Positions 26,207-35,433 of a stretch of DNA of 62,863 nucleotides are shown here, in pieces. Positions within the stretch are counted from its first letter, which is position 1. Each line of letters begins with the position of its first letter. The position numbers were made by a program, and so were the translations under genes. The stretch spans positions 1-62,863 of the forward strand of contig JAAYEV010000021.1 of assembly GCA_012728565.1 (NCBI GenBank), given 5' to 3'. The notes beneath the pieces were generated by a model. The model saw nothing but the letters and a program-made list of their open reading frames with translations. It was not told the origin of the DNA and did no database searches. This DNA is from Clostridiales bacterium (lineage in GTDB: Bacteria; Bacillota; Clostridia; Ch29).

Positions 26207-27154
26207 ATGGAAGCGTATATTGGTTTTGATACAAGCTGCTATACCACCTCAGTTGCCATAGTGGATGATACGGGTGAACTTATCCTTGACTACAGGTCGG
26301 TCCTTCGGGTCAAAGAGGGCGGCAGGGGTTTGCGGCAGTCCGAGGGGGTGTTCCAGCATATAAAAAACCTTGGGGTCTTCGCCGGGACGGAAAACAGGCT
26401 GCCCGGGGAGATGAAAATAGCCGCCGTAGCAGCTTCGGTTAAACCAAGGCCGCTGCCTGAATCGTACATGCCGGTGTTCACGGTGGGAGAGAACGCGGCC
26501 AGGGTGGCCGCTGCAGTGGCGGGGGTGCCTTTCTTTGAGACCACCCACCAGGAAAACCACATCATGTCGGGCCTTTGGTCAGGCGGAGGGCCGAAAGAAG
26601 AAAGATTCCTGACGGTGCACCTTTCAGGGGGTACCACCGAGCTGCTGGAAACTGTAAGAAATGATACCGGTTTCGGAGTAAGGATAATAGGCGGTACGGA
26701 AGACATAAGTGCCGGCCAGCTGGTGGACAGGGTGGGTGTGGCAATGGGGCTTTCCTTTCCCTGCGGGCCGCATCTCGAAAGGCTGGCCGACGAAGCTGGG
26801 AAAGAGGACCCGCCCGTTGAAATACGTTGTTTTGCACGGGGTACCTCCACAAGTTTTTCAGGCCCGGAAACCCATGCTAAAAGGTTACTGGAGGCGGGCG
26901 AAAGCAGGACAGGGGTTGCCCGGGCGGTGCTTTTTTGCATAGCCCGAAGCCTGGCGTCGGTTATAGCGGAAGCATGCAGCAGACTGGGAATATATGATGT
27001 ATTAATGGTGGGCGGCGTATCCTCAAACAAATACATAAGGGGATACTTGGAAGAAAACCTAAACTGCAGGCTGTATTTCCCGAAAGCGGAGTACTGCAGC
27101 GACAACGCGGTGGGTACCGCCTTAATAGCCATGCAAAGGTATAAAAACATATAA
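26207..27154 (+). CDS. Kae1/TsaD-family (peptidase M22/glycoprotease-like) paralog
   Basis: GFDTSCYTTSVAIV N-terminus, an HxxxH pair (THQENHIM), and VGGVSSN near the C-terminus. 315 aa, shorter than canonical TsaD. Confidence 0.75.
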   Translation: MEAYIGFDTSCYTTSVAIVDDTGELILDYRSVLRVKEGGRGLRQSEGVFQHIKNLGVFAGTENRLPGEMKIAAVAASVKPRPLPESYMPVFTVGENAARVAAAVAGVPFFETTHQENHIMSGLWSGGGPKEERFLTVHLSGGTTELLETVRNDTGFGVRIIGGTEDISAGQLVDRVGVAMGLSFPCGPHLERLADEAGKEDPPVEIRCFARGTSTSFSGPETHAKRLLEAGESRTGVARAVLFCIARSLASVIAEACSRLGIYDVLMVGGVSSNKYIRGYLEENLNCRLYFPKAEYCSDNAVGTALIAMQRYKNI

Positions 27155-27180
27155 CAGATTATTAAAGGGTGGAATAATCC

Positions 27181-28395
27181 ATGGAAATAAGGGCGTTTTC
27201 GGTGAGTGAGGTTAACGGTTACATAAAGAAAAGCCTGGCCGGCGATCCCATTTTAGCGGCTATTGCGGTAAAGGGAGAGCTTTCCAACTGCAAACTGTAC
27301 AGTTCAGGGCACATGTATTTTTCGCTGAAAGACAGCTTAAGCCGAATAAGATGTGTGATGTTTCGGGAGGCGGTCCAAAATCTTTCCTTTGAACCAACCG
27401 ACGGGATGAAAGTGCTGGCGAGGGGAAGCGTTTCGGTATACGAAAGGGACGGCCAGTACCAGCTGTATGTCAGGGAAATGTCCCAGGACGGGCTGGGAGA
27501 GCTTTACGAGGCCTTTGAAAAGCTGAAAAAATCCCTGGAGCAAAGGGGATATTTCGATCCGGCCAAAAAGAAAAAGCTGCCTTTCATGCCGGCCACCATA
27601 GGAGTGGTTACCTCTGCGAAGGGGGCGGCGGTTAAGGACATAATTAACACCATAAACCGCAGGTGGGGCAAGGCGCAAATTTTTGTTTACCATTCCCTGG
27701 TACAGGGGGAAAGAGCCCCGGAACAGATTTGCCGAGGTATCCGGTATTTTAACACTGTCCAGCCGGTGGATGTGTTGATAATCGGGAGGGGCGGAGGGTC
27801 CATTGAAGAACTTTGGGCCTTCAATGATGAAAGGGTAGCCGAGGCGGTGTTTGAGTCCAATGTGCCGGTTGTATCCGCCGTAGGGCACCAGACGGATTAT
27901 ACCATTGCCGACTTTGTAGCCGACCTGCGGGCTGCTACACCGACTGCAGCCGGCGAGCTGGTGGTCCCGGAACTGAGACAGGTAATCACAAGGATTAGTG
28001 ATGCCCGCGGCAGGATGAAAGCAGCCATGGAAAAACAAGTACGTTTCGGTGTTTTGAGGCTGCAGCGTGTAAGGGACAGCTATGCCTTCAGGCAGCCGCT
28101 GGATAGGATAATGCAGTACCGTCAGCAAGCCGACGACGGTTACGAAAAGCTTATTAAAGGTTTCCGGCAGCAGCACTCCAACAAGAAACAACTGCTGCAG
28201 CAGCGGTTCGAAAGGCTTTGCGCAATTAATCCCATGGCGGTGCTGGAAAGGGGTTACACGGTTGTTAGGGACCCGTCAACCGGTCAACTTATAAGGTCGG
28301 TGGGTCAGGCAAGGGTTGGCGACTACCTGGATGTGATGATGAAGGACGGGACTTTAAATGTAAAGGTATTAGATGTCAAAGGGGGTAACGCATAA
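27181..28395 (+). CDS. xseA: exodeoxyribonuclease VII large subunit
   Basis: OB-fold N-terminus (GELSNCKLYSSGHMYFSLKD), catalytic core GRGGGSIEELWAFNDE, and a coiled-coil C-terminus. Confidence 0.93.
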   Translation: MEIRAFSVSEVNGYIKKSLAGDPILAAIAVKGELSNCKLYSSGHMYFSLKDSLSRIRCVMFREAVQNLSFEPTDGMKVLARGSVSVYERDGQYQLYVREMSQDGLGELYEAFEKLKKSLEQRGYFDPAKKKKLPFMPATIGVVTSAKGAAVKDIINTINRRWGKAQIFVYHSLVQGERAPEQICRGIRYFNTVQPVDVLIIGRGGGSIEELWAFNDERVAEAVFESNVPVVSAVGHQTDYTIADFVADLRAATPTAAGELVVPELRQVITRISDARGRMKAAMEKQVRFGVLRLQRVRDSYAFRQPLDRIMQYRQQADDGYEKLIKGFRQQHSNKKQLLQQRFERLCAINPMAVLERGYTVVRDPSTGQLIRSVGQARVGDYLDVMMKDGTLNVKVLDVKGGNA

Positions 28396-28397
28396 CC

Positions 28398-28646
28398 ATG
28401 GAAAATGGATTAAGCTTTGAAAAGGCCATGGAAAGAATGGAAGAAATAATAGCCCTGCTGGAGGAAGGGGATTTGGACCTGGACAAGTCACTTGAGGTCT
28501 TTGAAGAGGGCATACGGCTTTACCGGAACTTATCCCGAAGACTGAAAGAGGCAGAGGGCAGGATTAAGATAATCATGGAGGAACAGGAAGGCGAGCAGGT
28601 ACAATCCGGCATCGACCTGGAGGGAGATAATGACCTTGACTTTTAA
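28398..28646 (+). CDS. xseB: exodeoxyribonuclease VII small subunit
   Basis: 82 aa with SFEKAMERMEEII..LE.GDL.LD.SL..FEEGI. Follows xseA. Confidence 0.9.
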   Translation: MENGLSFEKAMERMEEIIALLEEGDLDLDKSLEVFEEGIRLYRNLSRRLKEAEGRIKIIMEEQEGEQVQSGIDLEGDNDLDF

Positions 28647-29514
28647 AAGAGCGATGGAAGAAAAAAAGAAGCGGGTGGAAGAGTGCCTCAAAAACTGTAT
28701 CAAGCATGAACAGGGCGTGCCCGGCATAATATACGAGGCGATGGAGTACAGCCTGTTTGCCGGAGGGAAAAGGCTTAGGCCGATACTGGTGATGGCGGGC
28801 TGTGAAATTTGCGGCGGTGACGTCTCAAGGGTAATGCCGTTGGCGTGCGCGGTGGAACTGATTCATACCTATTCACTTATTCACGACGACCTTCCGGCTA
28901 TGGACAACGATGATTACAGGCGGGGCAAACCGACAAATCACAAAGTTTTCGGGGACGGTATTGCCGTTCTTGCCGGGGACGGTCTTTTGAACTATGCCTT
29001 TGAAGTTATGCTGGATTTATATCCCCTTGACGGAGGTAACTTGAAAGCAGTAAAGGAAATAGCGAGGGCTGCCGGCGTGACGGGGATGATAGGGGGCCAA
29101 GTTATGGACCTTATGTACGAAGGAAAGCGGGCGGGCCTTGACGAGTTAAAGGAAATGCACCTTAGGAAAACCGGTGCCCTTATATGTGCGTCCTTGCTGG
29201 CAGGAGCCTTAAGCGCGGGATGCAGTGATGCGGAGTACGAAAATATACGGAAGTTCGGAAATAATTTGGGACTTGCATTTCAAATAAGAGACGATATCCT
29301 TGATGTTATAGGAAAAGAAGAGACCCTTGGGAAAAAGGTAGGCAGCGATGTTTCCAAGGGTAAGTCCACCTACGTATCAATACTTGGGCTGGATGAATCC
29401 ACAAGACTTGTAAAAAAACTTATAAATGAAGCAAAGGAAAGCCTGGCGGCCTTTGGCGAAAAGGCGAAGTTTCTAACTGAGCTGGCTGACAGCCTCATTG
29501 ACAGGGAGTTTTAG
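28630..29514 (+). CDS. ispA: farnesyl-diphosphate synthase (polyprenyl synthetase)
   Basis: FARM motif LIHDDLPAMDNDDYRRGKP and SARM motif FQIRDDILD. Confidence 0.92.
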   Translation: MTLTFKRAMEEKKKRVEECLKNCIKHEQGVPGIIYEAMEYSLFAGGKRLRPILVMAGCEICGGDVSRVMPLACAVELIHTYSLIHDDLPAMDNDDYRRGKPTNHKVFGDGIAVLAGDGLLNYAFEVMLDLYPLDGGNLKAVKEIARAAGVTGMIGGQVMDLMYEGKRAGLDELKEMHLRKTGALICASLLAGALSAGCSDAEYENIRKFGNNLGLAFQIRDDILDVIGKEETLGKKVGSDVSKGKSTYVSILGLDESTRLVKKLINEAKESLAAFGEKAKFLTELADSLIDREF

Positions 29515-29531
29515 AACAAGGAGGAGGACGC

Positions 29532-29975
29532 TTGAACTTTTTTTCGCGGGTATTGGAAAACAAAGTTTTGATGATAGCGCTGGTGTCCTGGGCGGTGGCG
29601 CAGGGGAGCAAAGTTCTAATCGAAGTTCTTAGTTACAGGAAAGTGGATTTAAAGCGCTTTGTCGGTTCGGGAGGAATGCCCAGCTCTCATTCCGCCTTTG
29701 TAATGGCGCTGTCAACCGGCATAGGCAAACTGGAGGGCTGGGAATCGCCGCTTTTTGCCATAGCTATGTCCTTTGCCTTCGTGGTTATGTACGATGCCGC
29801 TGGGGTGCGCAGGGCTGCCGGCAAGCAAGCCGAAATACTCAACATAATAATTAAAGACGTGATTGAGCACAAAGTGCTCAAGGAAGAAAGACTTAAGGAG
29901 CTAATAGGCCATACTCCGATAGAAGTTATAATAGGCGGTATTATTGGAGTTATAACAGCCAATATTATGGTTTAA
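29532..29975 (+). CDS. divergent PAP2 (YuiD-like acid phosphatase/haloperoxidase-related) membrane protein
   Basis: GGMPSSHSAFV and MYDAAGVRRAAGKQAE motifs, 4-5 TM segments. Confidence 0.85.
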   Translation: MNFFSRVLENKVLMIALVSWAVAQGSKVLIEVLSYRKVDLKRFVGSGGMPSSHSAFVMALSTGIGKLEGWESPLFAIAMSFAFVVMYDAAGVRRAAGKQAEILNIIIKDVIEHKVLKEERLKELIGHTPIEVIIGGIIGVITANIMV

Positions 29976-29980
29976 ACGGA

Positions 29981-30009
29981 TTTGAAGGGCGCATGGTATC
30001 ATGTTATAA
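29981..30009 (+). promoter_or_regulatory. sigma-A type promoter for the OLE-like RNA
   Basis: TTGAAG (29981-29986), a 17-nt spacer, then TATAAT (30004-30009). Confidence 0.6.
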
Positions 30010-30015
30010 TATGCA

Positions 30016-30611
30016 CATATCGAGGTGGCGCAGTATTCTAGTCAGAGGTTTTGCTTCTGAAGGCGGGGCTAAAAATCCGTCAAAGGGCACATCGATGAAG
30101 TTCCTTGGATCGGCTTTCGACGCCCAGTCGGGGGCCTTTTCAGGGAGTAAGGAGGCCGGGGCGATCTGCAAAGGCATGCAGGCGTTGACCCTCCCTCCGC
30201 GGAGACCCCGATAACCGGATACAGGGTTCGGGGAGTAACCTGCAGATAAGACTGCAGCGTAGCCTGCCTTGAGTGAAACGGGCGGATGATTGTCAGGCTA
30301 GTCCGAAGGGCCCTTCGGAGGATGCCAATGCTTTCGAAACCCTTTTTGCAAAAGAGGCTAGGAAGTAGAACCGATGCCGGGGAAAACCCCTAGACTGTTC
30401 CGAAAGAGGCATAATGAGGATTAGAGTGCGGACTAAGTGGCAATCCAGCCCTGTCGCTGGCAACACGACAGAGACGAATTTAAAGGGAAACCGCCGACCT
30501 GGCGACAGGCCGGTATTCGACTGGGAAAGCCTGCTGGACCTAAGCCGCAAAATTTACTCAATATGCCGCCACCTGGAAGCCTTGCTGATAGTGCATACTA
30601 TCAGCTTTTTT
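30016..30611 (+). ncRNA. OLE (ornate, large, extremophilic) RNA candidate, ~600 nt
   Basis: No credible ORF on either strand. Dense short G+C-rich hairpins. It has its own promoter and a 3' hairpin plus U6 (30584-30611). The ispA...[RNA]-oapA-dxs-tlyA-nadK-argR-recN synteny is characteristic of OLE. Ends are approximate. Confidence 0.75.
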
Positions 30612-30698
30612 ATATTCTTTCCCTTTCAATGGGATGATATAATTTTAATATATGTAATTATACTAATTCTATAACAAAAAAGAGTGAGGTAATTAGTA

Positions 30699-31295
30699 TT
30701 GAAACCAAGAGCAAAACCCGGGAAGAAAAAAAAGAGCCGCTGGGTGGTTTTGATAACCCTGTGGACCTTTCTGCTGGCACTTACTTTCAGTTTTCTTTCG
30801 GAAATGGTTGTAAGAAATTTGCCGCTTGTTGCCGCATACGTGATACTTATCGTTATAGTAATCGTTGGAATCGTTTTTGATATAATAGGGATAGCCGTCA
30901 CAGCCTCCGACCAAAAACCGCTCAACGGAATGGCCGCTCAGAAAATACCCGGGGCCAGGGAAGCCGTGATGCTTCACAAAAAAGCCGGGGCAGTGTCAAA
31001 TTTTTGCAATGATGTAATAGGCGACATATGCGGAATACTAAGTGGGGCGGCGGGAGCGGTTATAGTTACCAGGTTTGTGGCGATATATCCCAATATAAGG
31101 GGAGCAGTCCTTGGGGTGATGCTGAGCAGCTTTATTGCAGCAGTAACCGTCGGTGGCAAAGCCATAGGCAAGAACATTGCCATTGATAACGCAAGCGAGA
31201 TTACCTTTAAGGCGGGAAGATTCCTAAACGTTTTTTACAGAAAAACAGGTATCAGGGTATTGGATGATGACAAGAATAGCGGAAGAAAGCGGTGA
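30699..31295 (+). CDS. oapA: OLE-associated protein A-like small 4-TM membrane protein
   Basis: 198 aa with a basic N-terminus (KPRAKPGKKKKSR) and four predicted TM helices. It lies immediately downstream of the OLE-like RNA and upstream of dxs. Confidence 0.7.
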   Translation: MKPRAKPGKKKKSRWVVLITLWTFLLALTFSFLSEMVVRNLPLVAAYVILIVIVIVGIVFDIIGIAVTASDQKPLNGMAAQKIPGAREAVMLHKKAGAVSNFCNDVIGDICGILSGAAGAVIVTRFVAIYPNIRGAVLGVMLSSFIAAVTVGGKAIGKNIAIDNASEITFKAGRFLNVFYRKTGIRVLDDDKNSGRKR

Positions 31296-31301
31296 TATGT
31301 A

Positions 31302-33260
31302 ATGCATGAAATACTTGGAAGCATTAAGGGACCGGAAAGCTTGAGAGAGATGAGCGATATGCAGCAAAAACTACTGGCAAGGGAGCTCAGGCAGGTTATT
31401 GTAGATACCGTATCCAAAACCGGGGGGCACCTGGCATCAAACCTTGGAGTGGTGGAGCTTACTATAGCGCTGCATACCGTGTATTCCAGTCCAAGGGACA
31501 GGATAGTATGGGATGTGGGGCACCAGTCCTATGTACATAAGCTTCTGACAGGCCGGTACAAAGATTTTAGCACCCTAAGGCAGTTCGGCGGAATTTCGGG
31601 GTTCCCCAGGATTGATGAAAGCCCCCACGACGTATTCGGTACGGGGCACAGCAGTACCTCAATATCCGCCGCGCTGGGCATTGCCGCTGCCAGGGACCTA
31701 AAAGGTGAAAAATTTTCGGTGGTGGCTGTAATAGGAGACGGTGCGATGACCGGAGGAATGGCCTTTGAGGCATTAAACCATGCCGGGCACCTGCAAAAGG
31801 ACATTACGGTGGTTCTTAATGAAAATGAAATGTCCATAGCCCAGAACGTGGGCAGCCTGTCCAAACACTTAAGTCGTATTAGGACCCATCCACGGTACTT
31901 CAGGGTAAAGGAAGATATTGAGGGCCTGATAAAACGAATTCCTGCGGTGGGCAACAGCATGGCCAAGGTTGCGGAAAAGGCAAAGGACAGCATCAAGTAC
32001 TTCCTTGTGCCCAGCATGTTGTTCGAAGAGCTTGGGTTTACATATTTGGGGCCCATAGACGGGCACGACCTGGTTTTGCTTAAGGATGTACTGAAAAGGG
32101 CAAAAAAGCTAAAGGGACCGGTCTTGATACATGTCGTAACAAAAAAGGGCAAAGGATACCGGCCGGCTTTAAACAATCCCGACCGGTTCCATGGCGTGGG
32201 CTGTTTTGAAGTAAAAACCGGGGAAATAATCAGGGAGGGCAACGGGCAGAGTTATTCGTCAGCCTTCGGCAAGGCAATGCTGGAGCTGGCGGCCGAGGAC
32301 CCGAGAGTGGTCGCGATAACTGCGGCCATGGCGGATGGGACAGGCCTTTCGGAATTCGCGAATGTCTTTCCGGACAGGTTTTATGACGTAGCCATAGCCG
32401 AACAGCACGCAGTCACCTATGCGGCGGGCTTGGCAAGGGAAGGCTTTAAGCCGGTATTCGCTGTGTATTCAACGTTTTTGCAGCGGGCGTACGACCAGGT
32501 TATTCACGATGTCTGCCTGCAAAACCTGCCGGTGGTGTTTGCCGTGGACAGGGCAGGGATAGTGGGAAATGACGGGCCCACTCACCATGGGGTATTCGAT
32601 TTGTCATTCTTAAGCCATATACCCAATATGCAGGTGCTTGCACCATGCTGCTGCAGCGAAATGAAGGAAATGTTGAGGTATGCACTAAACAGCGAGGGAC
32701 CGGTCGCGATTAGGTACCCAAGGGGAGAAGGCCGGACGGTGAAGGGCTATACTCCCGGCCCGTTGGTAAAGGGCAAATCGGAAGTGGTAATAAAGGGTAA
32801 AGACCTGTGCATTATTGCCGTTGGCAATATGCTGCCGAGGGCATGTAGGGCGGCGGAACAGCTTCAAAAGAAGGGCATAAAGGCAGGCGTTGTAAATGCC
32901 CGGTTTGTTAAACCCGTTGATACGGAAATGCTGGCGGAGATACTGAAGGACTATGACAAGATAGCGGTGCTGGAAGACAATGTTATCCGGGGCGGATACG
33001 GAAGTTACCTGCTGGAGCAGATGAATTCAATGGGCCTTGATGCTATGGATTATAGGATAAAGCTATTGGGCTTCCCGGACGAATTCGTTACTTTCGGTGA
33101 CAACGACAGCCTGTACAGGGCTTACGGTCTGGACGATACCGGTATATATTACAGTTTGTTGGACCTGGCAGAAGGAGGAAAGGGAAGTGGCGTCAGCAAA
33201 GAAAAGGTTGGATACGCTTCTGGTGGACAGGGGGTTGTTTCCAAGCAGAGAAAGAGCTAA
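31302..33260 (+). CDS. dxs: 1-deoxy-D-xylulose-5-phosphate synthase
   Basis: GGHLASNLGVVELT, GHSSTSISAALG, GDGAMTGGMAFEALN, AIAEQHAVT, DRAGIVGNDGPTHHG. The C-terminal ~25 codons overlap tlyA. Confidence 0.95.
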   Translation: MHEILGSIKGPESLREMSDMQQKLLARELRQVIVDTVSKTGGHLASNLGVVELTIALHTVYSSPRDRIVWDVGHQSYVHKLLTGRYKDFSTLRQFGGISGFPRIDESPHDVFGTGHSSTSISAALGIAAARDLKGEKFSVVAVIGDGAMTGGMAFEALNHAGHLQKDITVVLNENEMSIAQNVGSLSKHLSRIRTHPRYFRVKEDIEGLIKRIPAVGNSMAKVAEKAKDSIKYFLVPSMLFEELGFTYLGPIDGHDLVLLKDVLKRAKKLKGPVLIHVVTKKGKGYRPALNNPDRFHGVGCFEVKTGEIIREGNGQSYSSAFGKAMLELAAEDPRVVAITAAMADGTGLSEFANVFPDRFYDVAIAEQHAVTYAAGLAREGFKPVFAVYSTFLQRAYDQVIHDVCLQNLPVVFAVDRAGIVGNDGPTHHGVFDLSFLSHIPNMQVLAPCCCSEMKEMLRYALNSEGPVAIRYPRGEGRTVKGYTPGPLVKGKSEVVIKGKDLCIIAVGNMLPRACRAAEQLQKKGIKAGVVNARFVKPVDTEMLAEILKDYDKIAVLEDNVIRGGYGSYLLEQMNSMGLDAMDYRIKLLGFPDEFVTFGDNDSLYRAYGLDDTGIYYSLLDLAEGGKGSGVSKEKVGYASGGQGVVSKQRKS

Positions 33261-33999
33261 GGGAACAATTATGGCCGGACTTGTAAGGGTGGATGGCAAA
33301 GTGATGGACAAGGCGGGGACCAGGGTCAGCGAGGATGCAGTAATTTCAGTGGATGAGGACCCCATTCCCTACGTGGGGAGGGGAGGACTGAAACTGGAAA
33401 AGGCCTTGGAACTCTTCCAAGTTGACGTTACCGGATATACAGCCGTTGATATTGGTGCTTCCACCGGGGGTTTTACCGACTGTCTTTTAAAAAGGGGCGC
33501 AAAAAAGGTATATGCCATTGACGTGGGGTACGGCCAGCTTGACTGGAGACTGCGCCAGGACACGAGGGTTGTGGTCATGGAGCGTACAAACATTAGGTTT
33601 GTCAAGCCGGAGGACCTGGGAGAAAGCTGTGACATAGCGGTTATTGACGTGGCTTTTATTTCCCTTACGCTGGTACTGCCGGTGGCAAGGACCTTATTAA
33701 AACCCGGGGGGAAGATTATTGCCCTTATCAAGCCACAGTTTGAGGCGGGACGTGAAAAGGTGGGCCGAAAGGGAATAGTAAGGGACCCAATGGTGCACAG
33801 GGAAGTGATACAAAAAATATATGACTTTATTATGGGTATGGGCTTAAAGGTGCGGGGGCTTACCCATTCCCCCATAACCGGAGCCGGGGGAAACATAGAA
33901 TACCTTGTATATGCATGTGATGAGGATATTGAGGGCGCCGGGGCTGAAAATGTGCAGGAAATGATAGAAAGGGTTGTGGAAGAATCCCACCGCGTATAG
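33187..33999 (+). CDS. tlyA: TlyA-family rRNA 2'-O-methyltransferase (S4 domain + FtsJ-like)
   Basis: KKRLDTLLVDRGLFPSRERAKGTIMAG (S4 domain) and VDIGASTGGFTDCLL (SAM motif). GTG 33187 follows GGAGGAAAGGGAA, so the ORF-track start at 33097 is too long. Confidence 0.9.
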   Translation: MASAKKRLDTLLVDRGLFPSRERAKGTIMAGLVRVDGKVMDKAGTRVSEDAVISVDEDPIPYVGRGGLKLEKALELFQVDVTGYTAVDIGASTGGFTDCLLKRGAKKVYAIDVGYGQLDWRLRQDTRVVVMERTNIRFVKPEDLGESCDIAVIDVAFISLTLVLPVARTLLKPGGKIIALIKPQFEAGREKVGRKGIVRDPMVHREVIQKIYDFIMGMGLKVRGLTHSPITGAGGNIEYLVYACDEDIEGAGAENVQEMIERVVEESHRV

Positions 34000-34068
34000 T
34001 GACCAAAATAGAGGAAAAATGGAATATTTGTAGAATGTCTTGATAAAAGGAAGGGGTATTGAGCAAAA

Positions 34069-34944
34069 ATGCAGGAAAAGGCCGTTAAACTCGATACAAT
34101 AGGCATTATTCCAAACCTACAGAAGTCCGGCAGCCTTGAAGTAGCCCGGGAGCTGATAAAATGGCTGGAGGATAAGGGCTCCCGCGTGCTTCTTAATGAA
34201 ATAACCGCCAGCGAGCTGGAGATGCCGGGCTTGGCGGAAAAACCGTCGGAAATATATAAAACTTCAGATTTCATAATAGTGCTGGGCGGAGATGGAACAC
34301 TGCTCTCGGTTGCAAGACAGGTGCTTTGGCAGCAGACGCCTATACTGGGTATCAACCTGGGGCACTTGGGATTCCTCACCGAATTGGAACAGGATAACAT
34401 GTACGACGGCCTGGAAAGGATTAGGAACGGGGATTACCGGGTTGAGAAAAGGATGATGCTGGAAGCGGTCCTTATAAAAAACAACATGATAACCGACAAC
34501 TTCTGGGCGCTTAATGACATAGTGATATCAAAGGGGTCCTTTTCGAGGATTATACAGCTAAAGACTTATATTAACCAAAGCTACGTGGAAACCTATTCGG
34601 CGGACGGCATAATCATTTCCAGTCCCACAGGCTCGACCGCCTACTCCCTGTCTGCGGGCGGGCCAATCCTTAGTCCCGATGTTGCCGGCATGGTTATTAC
34701 TCCCATAAGCCCGCATATGATGAGCTCCAGGTCAATAGTTATATCCGACAAGGAAGAGGTTAAAGTGGAGGTTGTGGGCGATAAAAACGATGTCATGCTG
34801 ACCATAGACGGGCAGCAGGGCTACAGGCTGAACGCAGGGGACTTAATCATTGTGCGGAGGTCGGAGTTTTCAGCTAACATGATAAAGCTTAGGGATAAAA
34901 ACTTTTACGACGTGCTGAGGACAAAGCTTAACGAAAGAAGGTAG
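34069..34944 (+). CDS. nadK: NAD kinase
   Basis: VLGGDGTLL, NLGHLGFL, NDIVI, DGIIISSPTGSTAYSLSAGGPI. Confidence 0.93.
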   Translation: MQEKAVKLDTIGIIPNLQKSGSLEVARELIKWLEDKGSRVLLNEITASELEMPGLAEKPSEIYKTSDFIIVLGGDGTLLSVARQVLWQQTPILGINLGHLGFLTELEQDNMYDGLERIRNGDYRVEKRMMLEAVLIKNNMITDNFWALNDIVISKGSFSRIIQLKTYINQSYVETYSADGIIISSPTGSTAYSLSAGGPILSPDVAGMVITPISPHMMSSRSIVISDKEEVKVEVVGDKNDVMLTIDGQQGYRLNAGDLIIVRRSEFSANMIKLRDKNFYDVLRTKLNERR

Positions 34945-34964
34945 AAGAAAAAGGAGGTTGGCAA

Positions 34965-35414
34965 ATGAAGATTGCCCGGCATGCCAAGATTTTGGAACTC
35001 ATTGAAAACAAGGAAATCGAGACCCAAGAGGAATTGGCTGAGGAGCTCAAGACCTGCGGATTTAACATAACCCAGGCGACGGTGTCGAGAGATATCAAGG
35101 AGCTGAGGCTTATAAAAACCCTAAGCGACACCGGCAAGTACAAGTATTCTACCATCAAGCCCCATGACAGCGATTTGGCGGACCGGCACGTTAAGGTATT
35201 CAAAGAAACGGTGCTTAAAGTGGACTATGCCATAAACATAGTGGTCATAAAGACAATTCCGGGAGCGGCCCAAGGGGCTGCCGCAGTGGTCGACGCGCTA
35301 GACTGGCAGGAAGTGGTTGGCACAATAGCCGGGGACGATACCATATTTGTTCTTACCAGGAATGAAAAAAACGCTGTGAACATAATGGAGAAATTAAAGA
35401 AACTAAAGGGATAG
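34965..35414 (+). CDS. argR: arginine repressor
   Basis: RHAKILELI...TQEEL..EL...G..ITQATVSRDIKEL wHTH and C-terminal GTIAGDDTIFV. Confidence 0.93.
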   Translation: MKIARHAKILELIENKEIETQEELAEELKTCGFNITQATVSRDIKELRLIKTLSDTGKYKYSTIKPHDSDLADRHVKVFKETVLKVDYAINIVVIKTIPGAAQGAAAVVDALDWQEVVGTIAGDDTIFVLTRNEKNAVNIMEKLKKLKG

Positions 35415-35433
35415 AAACGGGGGCCGGTAATAC

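Noticed and set aside
29993-30925. ORFs 29993-30214, 30293-30550, 30414-30674, 30437-30637 and 30626-30925
   Set aside because: None has an SD or a plausible start, and the products are Arg/Pro/Gly-rich. The region is better explained as the structured OLE-like RNA. ORF 30626-30925 is antisense to oapA.
33369-34400. 343-aa minus-strand ORF
   Set aside because: It is antisense to tlyA and nadK, both with strong motifs on the + strand. The product is Ser/Pro-rich with no start context.
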